From positions 2,496,001 through 2,560,000 of the forward strand of contig OZ242029.1 of the NCBI GenBank assembly GCA_965205015.1: 64,000 nt of DNA, read 5' to 3'. Positions 1 to 8,193 of the stretch are shown piece after piece. A program made the position numbers and the translations under genes. Origin of the DNA: Candidatus Poribacteria bacterium. Lineage in GTDB: Bacteria; Poribacteria; WGA-4E; WGA-3G. The notes beneath the pieces are model-generated. The model was not told where the DNA came from. It did no database searches and saw only the letters and a list, made by a program, of their open reading frames with translations. Positions within the stretch are counted from its first letter, which is position 1, and every line of letters begins with the position of its first letter.

Positions 1-736
1 TGTGATTCGAGACTTCCGCTTTATATGCCGATAGCAACTCCCGCGTCTTTTCACCGAAATGCGCCACGATATCGGTCACCATCTGTTCTCCAACTTGACG
101 GCTGGAGGATTCATTGAAATCTCCCATTGCGAAATCAGGTGCGCGTGCATCATCTGTCGGCATCCGCGACATATCGACACAGTCAGGTGCCACCGCCCAA
201 AGCACGGATGTCTCACCGCGTCCAGCGTGTCCGCCGAGTCCTTTACCATCCTCGAAACGCTCGATATCTGCACCGATACTCATCGTTGAATACATCCGAA
301 CGCCAACATGTGCCTGCATAATCTCAATCACGACTGGCACGTCCAGTCGATGGGGACCCGAATGCCCTGAAAACAGAATTGCACCGTGAAAACCCAGCGC
401 ATCCACCGCCCGAATGTGATAGCATATATTCTTCAAGAACATCCAAGGTGGTATTGCTGTCAGCCATGGTCGCTCTTGGTTGACTTGCTTGTGTCCCCAT
501 GCGCCGTAACCGCTAATCTCATGGCAGTGCCAGTAAAAGGGGGGTGCGACAATCCCACCGTGTGCTTGCGCCGCCTGACACGAGCATTCATGTGCGCGAA
601 TTGCATCCATCCCAACCGCATTGTGCCAACCGTGCGGTTCGCACAACCCATACGGGAGATACACCATCGGACACGCCTCTATCGCTGCTTCTAACTCATC
701 CGGAAACATCCGTTCCCATTGCACCTCACGTCTCAT
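1..736 (-). CDS. Creatininase/creatinine amidohydrolase family protein (3' end runs off window)
   Basis: Not in ORF track. Manual minus-strand translation from ATG at 736 (GGAGAGG RBS): MRREVQWERMFPDELEAAIEACPMVYLPYGLCEPHGWHNAVGMD..., the P-x-G-x-x-E-x-HG-x-H---D creatininase motif. Confidence 0.85.
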   Translation of the reverse strand, partial: MRREVQWERMFPDELEAAIEACPMVYLPYGLCEPHGWHNAVGMDAIRAHECSCQAAQAHGGIVAPPFYWHCHEISGYGAWGHKQVNQERPWLTAIPPWMFLKNICYHIRAVDALGFHGAILFSGHSGPHRLDVPVVIEIMQAHVGVRMYSTMSIGADIERFEDGKGLGGHAGRGETSVLWAVAPDCVDMSRMPTDDARAPDFAMGDFNESSSRQVGEQMVTDIVAHFGEKTRELLSAYKAEVSNH

Positions 737-936
737 ATAATATCCTCTCCGATCATTTGTGAAACTCTCTTCAATCCGATTTCAATCTAACCTAAAACGC
801 GTTTGCATAAATCTGTTGAACATGCGATAATGTCAAAAGTCTAATAGAAGTCTAACAGATTTTTAAACTTGATGTCCACTCATTTTTATTGGTGTCAGTC
901 AACTTTCTGAACCCGTAGATCACGGAGGGAAACCCA

Positions 937-1746
937 ATGATACGTCTAATATTAATTGCCTTCAGTATCCTGTGTTGCCTTGCCATGCTTGTGAAACACA
1001 GCACTGCTGAAATCGACCCGACGACCGCCGTTGGTGTGTGGCTCTTTAATGAGACGGATGGGGACACAGCATCCGACGCCTCTGAAAACGGCAACGATGG
1101 CACACTGCAGGGTGACCCGGAATGGGTCCCCGGTGGCAAATTTGGCAACGCACTGGAATTGGATGGTGCAGGTGATTATGTGAGCGTCCCTGACCATGAA
1201 ACTTTGGATGCTAAAATCAGTGAGGCATTCACAATCGTCATCTGGGTTAAAGGCACTTACAGACCCAACGATTGGCACGGGTTAGTGACAAAGGCACAGG
1301 GATGGCGAGTCGATATGTGTTACCTGTTGCAACGGGCTGCTAATGGCAAATTCGAGTTTGCTCTTTTTGGAGAAGGCGGCAACGACAGCTGGACAGCATC
1401 CGACATCCTCCCAGAAGACGACACATGGTACCATGTGGGTGCTGTCTATACCGGCGAAGAAACGCAGCTTTACGTTGATGGCGTGGTCTCTGCCACGCGT
1501 GTCTTCTCTGCGGAGATTGCCGACACGAACGCGCCTGTGGTCATTGGAACTAATTACCCAACCGGTATTCAGCCAGTGAACGGTCTTATCGACGAGGCTG
1601 CGATTTTTAGTGTTCCTTTGGAAGAAGAGGATATCAACGCCATAATGAACGACGGCTTGGAGGAGACGCTCGGTATATTGGCTGTCGAACCTTCAGACAA
1701 ATTGGCTTTGACGTGGGGCGATTTAAAAGTCGGTAATGATAAATGA
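937..1746 (+). CDS. Secreted LamG/concanavalin-like jellyroll protein with C-terminal TWG motif
   Basis: Signal peptide; VGVWLFNE...DASENGNDG, GKFGNALELDG, WYHVGAVY, GLIDEAAIF; ends AVEPSDKLALTWGDLK. Confidence 0.9.
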   Translation: MIRLILIAFSILCCLAMLVKHSTAEIDPTTAVGVWLFNETDGDTASDASENGNDGTLQGDPEWVPGGKFGNALELDGAGDYVSVPDHETLDAKISEAFTIVIWVKGTYRPNDWHGLVTKAQGWRVDMCYLLQRAANGKFEFALFGEGGNDSWTASDILPEDDTWYHVGAVYTGEETQLYVDGVVSATRVFSAEIADTNAPVVIGTNYPTGIQPVNGLIDEAAIFSVPLEEEDINAIMNDGLEETLGILAVEPSDKLALTWGDLKVGNDK

Positions 1747-1886
1747 TGTCCCCGCTGAGTTAATGACGGATCCGCCGGTATACTCTGGTGCGCTCTAAAG
1801 ATGTCTATGCTATCACTGACCATTCATAGATTTCGTACTGGAACAGTAAGTGATAGCATACAATCCAACATTCAGTCAAAAGACTT

Positions 1887-3629
1887 TTACGCTCGTTTTT
1901 CACCCGGTTTTCGTCGATGCTTTGAGGCGTAGCTATCCCCTTCTGGATCGTAGGAAACGGATACCTGCCCATCTTCCACAACCAGTCGCGGCACCGTCCG
2001 GTGACGACCGTCCCGTTCGGGGCCTCGCATAACAGCGAATTGTGTCTCGGTCATATCCTCAACCATATCCCCCCACCGGTCTTGCGGATCAATCACACCG
2101 CCGCCCCAATTGACATTTTTCGACTGATACTTAATCAATACGCCGCGTCTGGGGACAGAATTCTTCCACGCTAAGGCACCGTGTGTGCAACCGCCGTCCA
2201 TAAAGAAGAGGACATCACCAGCCTTCATAGCAGGTTGGACCACTAAACCCATGGTATCATCACACGTCCGAATCCCGGGAGGCATGGAGTACTGGGTCTT
2301 GTGAGAGCCGGGCACACATGCGAAACCGCCGAGTCCCGGTTCAACATCGCGCAGTTGCCATGTGATGGTGACGGTCTCTGCATAACTACGTCCGTTCTTA
2401 AAATAATAACCGCGTGATGGTGTCATCGGTTCATTGCCATCGTGGAGCGAGTGCCCCGATGTGCCTTGAACGGCACAGAACACGGTCGCGCCACCCATGC
2501 GATAGCCGCTACCGCCCATCCAATTCAACCGCTGCACCACGGCAGGATGCGCAATCATACGCCGAAACGGTGCGTTATACGGGTCAGGAAGGTCTAACAA
2601 ACCCGGTAGGAGGGGGCGCCCTGTGCCAGCCTGACTTATCGATCCTCGTGCCAGTTCCTCGCCTACCACGATGCGGTCTTGGAATTTATCCACCGCTTCA
2701 TTGGCTTCCGCGAGCCACTGCTCATCCATTACGCCGCGCACCACCACATATCCATTCAGATCCCAAAAGTAAAACTCTTTCTCATCAATGCCAGAATCTG
2801 GGTCGCGGGTATAAATTGATGGATGAAGGATGGACGGGTCTTCCGCTACCCATGTCTCTTCGCCATCTGTATTTATCACGGGTGGTGGACTTGAACCCTT
2901 ATACCCAGGGACATACATGACTGCCTTTTGTGCGGGGGTCGCTTCATCTGCCCATCCCGGCAAAGATTCGGTCTCTGAGTGGGGGCCAACTGGGTTGGAC
3001 TGAACTGCCGCACGCGCCGCATACCAGTACGTCAATAACCTTTTTGGCTTGTCTTTCCACGGTCGCACGCCTTGGAGCGTAGGTTCCGCAACCAAAAATA
3101 GATCGCCAGCCTTGAGTACCGGCTGCACCACCACTCCCATATCGTCAATACCTGTTGCCAAGTCGTGCGGTGTTTCAACATTGCTCTTGTGGCTTGCCTG
3201 AACGACAATCAGTCCGCCCTCGCCTTCTTCGACATCGTCCAACACCCAGACCGCTTTCACACCCTGGCAGCTTCTCCTGCCGTTTTGTTGGCGGTATGCC
3301 AAAGATGGATTTCTCGGTTCATCACCGCCGACGAGTGTTGTACTTGCTTCGCCTTCTCGCTGTCCCAATAAGCGAGGGGCTTGATCCAATCGGAAGCCGT
3401 GTCCGATAATCTGGTTCAAATACCACACCAATTTCGGATGTACCAGTAAGTCGCGGAACAATTCGCGGTGTGAACTGTCTCCGCCTAACAACTTCTCACT
3501 TTCTCCGACGACATCTAATGCAGCGTTGAGTGCTGCCACCTCTTCTTGAGTGAGGACACTCGGAACGTGTAGATAGCCTGCCACATCAAAAGCATAATTC
3601 TCTTCATTACTCATAACGTCATTATCCAT
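1887..3629 (-). CDS. Tandem two-domain PhyH-family (Fe/2OG dioxygenase fold) protein
   Basis: Two repeats of F(D/W)xxGY...HP...W.L.DV..G.GG...V.(A/G)SHK...KAGD; probable start ATG 3629 after AGGAG. Confidence 0.85.
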   Translation of the reverse strand: MDNDVMSNEENYAFDVAGYLHVPSVLTQEEVAALNAALDVVGESEKLLGGDSSHRELFRDLLVHPKLVWYLNQIIGHGFRLDQAPRLLGQREGEASTTLVGGDEPRNPSLAYRQQNGRRSCQGVKAVWVLDDVEEGEGGLIVVQASHKSNVETPHDLATGIDDMGVVVQPVLKAGDLFLVAEPTLQGVRPWKDKPKRLLTYWYAARAAVQSNPVGPHSETESLPGWADEATPAQKAVMYVPGYKGSSPPPVINTDGEETWVAEDPSILHPSIYTRDPDSGIDEKEFYFWDLNGYVVVRGVMDEQWLAEANEAVDKFQDRIVVGEELARGSISQAGTGRPLLPGLLDLPDPYNAPFRRMIAHPAVVQRLNWMGGSGYRMGGATVFCAVQGTSGHSLHDGNEPMTPSRGYYFKNGRSYAETVTITWQLRDVEPGLGGFACVPGSHKTQYSMPPGIRTCDDTMGLVVQPAMKAGDVLFFMDGGCTHGALAWKNSVPRRGVLIKYQSKNVNWGGGVIDPQDRWGDMVEDMTETQFAVMRGPERDGRHRTVPRLVVEDGQVSVSYDPEGDSYASKHRRKPGEKRA

Positions 3630-3696
3630 TTTGCTTCTCCTGTTATCGGTGATGGTCAAACCGGAGATGGCGCAACCAACTCACGTGAGTTTGTCG

Positions 3697-5157
3697 CTAT
3701 AAACACCACGCATAAGGACCGGGACCTGTGTGGCAAACCATCTCGGCGATCTGCTGGCGCATCTGTGCGATGCGGTTCTGGTGTTCCGGGCGATTGGCAA
3801 CGTTTTGCATTTCGTCCGGGTCGGTCTTTAGGTCGTACAGTTCATCAATATCGAAGCGGTTCCGAATATATTTCCAGTCTCCATCTTTTATCATCATACA
3901 GGCTGCCAATTCTTCCGGTTCGTTTGCGTTATGATAGATCGCATTAAGACTGGCGATTTCAGCGAAAATGGGTTGATGTTCAGGTTCGCGCCCGTTCAAA
4001 ATCGCCTCCGCGACGGATCGTCCGTCAATCGGCGTTTCCGGCGTCTGATCTGCGAAACTTAGCACAGTCGGCATCAGATCCACACCCGCCAGCGGTGTCG
4101 TAACTCGAAAACCGGACGGCAAATGGTTCTGCCATGAGAGCAGACACGGCACCCGCACCGAGGCCTCATACATCAAACACTTCTCGGTGTAGCCGTGGTC
4201 GCCGAGCAACTCGCCGTGGTCACTTATAAAGGCGACAACTGTATTCGTTCCCTCAAGCGCATTCAACAGGCGTCCAACTTGGGTGTCGATGTGTGTGATG
4301 AGGGCGTAGTAATAAGTCATCATTCGGCGGAATTCAGCCTCAGTGACGGTTGGGGGGATACGGAATTTTCCACGCGTTTGAAATTCAGGCTTTCCCTCAA
4401 GCGGATCGCGCAAAGAGGGAGGTAGCGGCATATCTTCTTCGCGATAGTGCTCCAGCAAGTCCGGCGGCACCAAAACAAGAGGATGTGGGTCTTTGATACT
4501 GGCAAATAGGAAGAAAGGGGCATCGTCATCTTGTTGTTGAATAAATTCGAGCGAACGGTCGATTGTCCAGGTTGTGCGCTGTTGTCGAGGGTCCGTAATC
4601 GTGCCGAATTCCAGGATATTTCCGTACTGCGTCATTCCTGGTGCCCCTGAGCGATAGAGGTTTTCAACCCCTTCCGTATCGAAGTAATCAAACAGTGGGT
4701 CTGGAGCGTCACCGAGATAACGATAGGTACACCAAAAATCGGTAAATCCGTGTTGTGGGTGCTGGTCGTCTCCTAAATGCCACGGTCCGACGATACCACA
4801 GCGATAGCCAGCACGTTTGAGCACGTCTCCGATAGTGATCCGGTCGTGAGGGAGGTGGCCGCCGAACTCGCCCATCCTTTTCGGTCCATAATTCCGCAGT
4901 TGTAAATGGGCATGCGGATAGAGTCCCGTCAACCAACTTGCGCGTGCGGGTGAGCAGACCGGCGATGCACAGTAAGCGTTTTCGAAGCAGACACCGCTTG
5001 CTGCCAACCGATCCAGATGCGGCGTCTGAACGACTGGACTGCCAGCGAACCCGGCAGCGTCCCACCGCATCTGATCACACATAATGAGTAAGATATTCGG
5101 TCGAGATGTCGTCATCACTTTGAAACGGCTATGTGAGAAGGCATGAAAAGTGTTCAA
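3697..5157 (-). CDS. Sulfatase (formylglycine-dependent)
   Basis: PNILLIMCDQ, CSPARASWLTG (CxPxR), SDHGE, YEASVRVP, ELYDLKTDPDE; true start probably at MTTSRPN. Confidence 0.93.
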   Translation of the reverse strand: MNTFHAFSHSRFKVMTTSRPNILLIMCDQMRWDAAGFAGSPVVQTPHLDRLAASGVCFENAYCASPVCSPARASWLTGLYPHAHLQLRNYGPKRMGEFGGHLPHDRITIGDVLKRAGYRCGIVGPWHLGDDQHPQHGFTDFWCTYRYLGDAPDPLFDYFDTEGVENLYRSGAPGMTQYGNILEFGTITDPRQQRTTWTIDRSLEFIQQQDDDAPFFLFASIKDPHPLVLVPPDLLEHYREEDMPLPPSLRDPLEGKPEFQTRGKFRIPPTVTEAEFRRMMTYYYALITHIDTQVGRLLNALEGTNTVVAFISDHGELLGDHGYTEKCLMYEASVRVPCLLSWQNHLPSGFRVTTPLAGVDLMPTVLSFADQTPETPIDGRSVAEAILNGREPEHQPIFAEIASLNAIYHNANEPEELAACMMIKDGDWKYIRNRFDIDELYDLKTDPDEMQNVANRPEHQNRIAQMRQQIAEMVCHTGPGPYAWCL

Positions 5158-5190
5158 ACCTTCGTCGGATTAATCTGGTATGTGTCCCTT

Positions 5191-5913
5191 CTATTTCATC
5201 GCGTAATCTACTGTTACCAAAGCACTAACCTTCTTAGATATAGAGGAGACATCATCAGTACTCTTTTCGGAAATACCGCTCGAATCTGCAGAGCGCACGC
5301 TGAACACCCCCTGACGCGCAGCACGGAGCGAACCGAGGTTCACGTCGCTCCCTTCAGCCAACGTTTTGGCGCGTTCTCGCGCATCCTTAGTCGCTTCTAC
5401 CAGCAACTGGCTCTTCAGCGCATTCACTTGCGTATAATAGTAACTCGGCATTCCTGAACGCAGGGCTACGCCTTCTCCGAGCAGTGAAGCAATTGCTGTA
5501 GATAACTTTGATATGTTATGCACGTCCCTTGATTTAACGCCAATTCCCTGCGAAAGTTCAAAGAATTCTATCTCATTTGTTTCATGTCCATTTTCTGCCC
5601 GTCTCCTGCGCTCATTTACAGAGACCGCGCGAATTCTTATCTCCTCAGTTTCCACTTGGTTTTCCTGTAGAAAATTTAATACTTTCTCCCGGTGTTCAGC
5701 GAGAACAGTGTAGGCTTCTGCCATATTTCTATCTTTTGCTTTGATTGTAATGTACCATTTCACCATATCTGACTCGACTGGCGTCTCGGCGTATCCCCTC
5801 ACCTTAATAATCTGGTGAGACATTCGTATATCCCGCAGTGCATCTGTAACAAGGTAGGTCGAGATCACGATCCCAAGGGCGAGTATGAAACCAAATGGTA
5901 TAAATCCTTTCAT
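5191..5913 (-). CDS. SIMPL (DUF541) domain protein
   Basis: N-terminal TM, IKVRGYAE, ATKDARERAKTLAE...LGSLRAARQGVF, KKVSALVTVDY. Confidence 0.85.
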   Translation of the reverse strand: MKGFIPFGFILALGIVISTYLVTDALRDIRMSHQIIKVRGYAETPVESDMVKWYITIKAKDRNMAEAYTVLAEHREKVLNFLQENQVETEEIRIRAVSVNERRRRAENGHETNEIEFFELSQGIGVKSRDVHNISKLSTAIASLLGEGVALRSGMPSYYYTQVNALKSQLLVEATKDARERAKTLAEGSDVNLGSLRAARQGVFSVRSADSSGISEKSTDDVSSISKKVSALVTVDYAMK

Positions 5914-5966
5914 ATGACGTATATCTCCTCAATGAATGCTAACTTCAATATTTCGACTCCTGTCTA

Positions 5967-6350
5967 TCACGGTGCGAAACTCGATCGCAGTTTGATGCCC
6001 CAGCGTCCCGCTTCGTAGGTTAAGACGTAGAGCGATTCGTAGGAGGCAATGATCGTGCCATCGGCGCGATAGCGTGTGAACTGCGTGTCAACATGGACTT
6101 TAGATGCTGAGATATGGACAATATTGCGTCTGTCCCAACCACTATGGTGCCAGCCACGTGCAGTTAAGTTCTCTCTTATTCGCGCCCCATCCTGCTCACC
6201 CGGTTCGTTGAGGATTCGCATGTTGCCAGACGCAAGACGGTAATGCGGAAAGTGAAACGTTTTTTCCCATGCAACTATATCGAGACGATTAAATGCCGCC
6301 ATCCACGTGTCAAGCACTTCTATGATTTCAGCTTCGATTTTTTCTTTCAC
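5967..6350 (-). CDS. NTF2/SnoaL-like fold small protein
   Basis: WMAAFNRLD...FHFPHYRL...FTRYRADG...SLYVLTYEAGRWGIK; GTG start with GAGGTGA RBS. Confidence 0.75.
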   Translation of the reverse strand: MKEKIEAEIIEVLDTWMAAFNRLDIVAWEKTFHFPHYRLASGNMRILNEPGEQDGARIRENLTARGWHHSGWDRRNIVHISASKVHVDTQFTRYRADGTIIASYESLYVLTYEAGRWGIKLRSSFAP

Positions 6351-6374
6351 TGTTTCACCTCAAATAGATATTAC

Positions 6375-6801
6375 CATTGATTCTTGCGTGAAAGCCCTAT
6401 CCTTTAGGTTAGGGATGAAACGCTTTTTCCTTGACTTTTTTCTCTAAAAAGTGGTATAATGCGCTTAGCACTTGGATAGGAATGTCACCTCTCTCGCTTG
6501 AGAGAGTCCTATCCTCACCAGTGATATGGTGTGTGAGTGCGAAGTGCGACACCACTCTAAACTACATTTTGGGTATCGTTCCTGTAAGACGAATGCGGAG
6601 TAATGTCCCTACGCCTTGTATCGGTACCCCCTCATTCATTATTTTGCAGGCTGGGGTACCCTGGACCTAAACCAGATAAAACCGATCTGATTCGGAATAA
6701 GAGCCTGCGGGTGGAGCGATAATAAGACGTTCAACCCTTTAGGGAAGAACGCAATCGCTATGAAGCCGAAGCCCCACGCTTTAGCGTGTGGGTTGTATCA
6801 C
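6375..6801 (+). mobile_element. Non-autonomous IS200/IS605-family element (PATE/MITE-like), no TnpA or TnpB ORF
   Basis: Left: TTAC (6371-6374), then 16 nt, AAAG and hairpin CCCTATCCTTTAGGTTAGGG. Right: GAAG, hairpin CCCCACGCTTTAGCGTGTGGG, ending TCAC (6798-6801). Same geometry as IS608 ends. Confidence 0.85.
6431..6460 (+). promoter_or_regulatory. Sigma70-type promoter inside the IS200/IS605 element
   Basis: TTGACT-18 nt-TATAAT with TG extended -10. Confidence 0.75.
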
Positions 6802-6821
6802 CAAACGTCCGCTATTCTATC
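6693..6821 (+). ncRNA. Putative TnpB omegaRNA (reRNA)-like scaffold plus flanking guide
   Basis: GCCTGCGG...ATAAGAC...GCAATCGCTATGAAGCCGAAGCCCCACGCTTTAGCGTGTGGG..TCAC resembles IS605 right-end omegaRNA regions; the guide would be the flank CAAACGTCCGCTATTCTATC. Confidence 0.55.
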
Positions 6822-6842
6822 ACAAATTTCCTATGCATACAA
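6814..6842 (-). promoter_or_regulatory. Putative promoter for the NTF2-like gene
   Basis: Minus strand TTGTAT-17 nt-TAGAAT. Confidence 0.5.
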
Positions 6843-6889
6843 GCGGACAATTTTTAACGAAAGTTAGGGATATCAATACAACGACCCGT

Positions 6890-8032
6890 TCACTGTTGAC
6901 TCTCTTTAATAGCACGTTCAAAGGCGCAGAATAGATTTTGAATATCCTGACGCAATAGGGTTGGGTTCACAGTAAGCAGGATACGTCCGGCGTGATCGCT
7001 ATCTGCAGGGGATACAGATACCGAATGCTCCTTAAGCACCTCAACGAAACATGTCCGATCAACACCTGATGCTAACTTCAGCGGAAATATATTAGAACCG
7101 TGCGCAAAACGTTCAACAGTGATGCCCTCCAACGCGTTGATTTTATCAAAAAGTGCGCTTGCCCGTGTCATAGCACGATTGAAACGTGCTTCAAACCCAT
7201 CTATGCCCTGAAGTGCCAATGCCGCCGCAAAGTTTGCTGATGCCAACCCGCCTCCAAACATACGACGGTCGTGATACAACCCATCCGCGAACGCAGCCGT
7301 GCCTGCCAATATTGCCCCGAAGGGTGCCCCAAAATATTTGTATAACGACACGTACACCGTATCAAACAACGCTGCGTAATCCGCTGGCGGAATACCGGTC
7401 GCGCCTGACATCATGTAGAGCCGTGCGCCATCAAGATGACTCCCAATCTGTTTGTCTTGGCAGTAGTCCGTTACCGCCTTCATTTCATCAAACGGCATAA
7501 TCTTCCCCGATTGGCGGCGGACAGGGCTTTCGACCATCACTGCCCCAACCGGTGTGATGACTCTTCCACTCTCTGCCTGCCCTACTGCAGCTTTCAACGT
7601 TTCGAGTGTAAAATAGGGACATCCCTTTGCCAAGGGTATGAGGTTGATATTACTGAGCCGCGTTACACAATCACCACTGTCATTGTAGAGATGACTTTGC
7701 TCCTGGACGATCGCACGCGGTTTGATGCCGCAGAGTTTTCGGATGGCAAGATGATTGGCGAGCGTACCCGTCGGCATAAAGACCGCCGCCTCCTTGCCCA
7801 ACATTTCAGCGCATTTTTTTTCAAGTTGTTCGACAGTGCCACCAAGGGAATAGGAATCTTCCTTAAGCGTAAATTTTTGATCGAACGCAGCAAGTTCCTG
7901 TAGCATCGTTGAGGGTGATTTCGGTTCTCCGTCTCCTCGAAAGATAACCGTGTTGCTCGGGGGAACATCCGAGATAAGCCTCGTATCGGATCGGAGTAAC
8001 TCGGTAACATGGCGGTCCGTTGTTTCCGTCAA
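6890..8032 (-). CDS. Low-specificity threonine aldolase family PLP enzyme
   Basis: MLGKEAAVFMPTGTLAN, HLDGARL, YVSLYKYFGAPFGAIL (PLP Lys). Confidence 0.85.
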   Translation of the reverse strand: MTETTDRHVTELLRSDTRLISDVPPSNTVIFRGDGEPKSPSTMLQELAAFDQKFTLKEDSYSLGGTVEQLEKKCAEMLGKEAAVFMPTGTLANHLAIRKLCGIKPRAIVQEQSHLYNDSGDCVTRLSNINLIPLAKGCPYFTLETLKAAVGQAESGRVITPVGAVMVESPVRRQSGKIMPFDEMKAVTDYCQDKQIGSHLDGARLYMMSGATGIPPADYAALFDTVYVSLYKYFGAPFGAILAGTAAFADGLYHDRRMFGGGLASANFAAALALQGIDGFEARFNRAMTRASALFDKINALEGITVERFAHGSNIFPLKLASGVDRTCFVEVLKEHSVSVSPADSDHAGRILLTVNPTLLRQDIQNLFCAFERAIKESQQ

Positions 8033-8193
8033 AGTTAACCTCCTTCGTGTTGATTCTGCTCTCTATGTCGAACTTACCTTCAAGGATAAAAAGTTGTCGC
8101 CTTCTTTGTCGGAATTGGATATACTATCATAAGGTACTATTGGAGAATTGTCCATTGTGAAGTTTTGTAGCGAACGGAGAATTGTAGGGACTT

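Noticed and set aside
6377-6381. TTGAT as ISDra2-type target site
   Set aside because: TTAC at 6371-6374 fits the AAAG guide and IS608-like spacing better.
6431-6670. 79-aa ORF inside the IS200/IS605 element
   Set aside because: It starts at the -35 hexamer TTG, has no RBS and no TnpA/TnpB motifs; the region is better explained as a promoter plus structured RNA.
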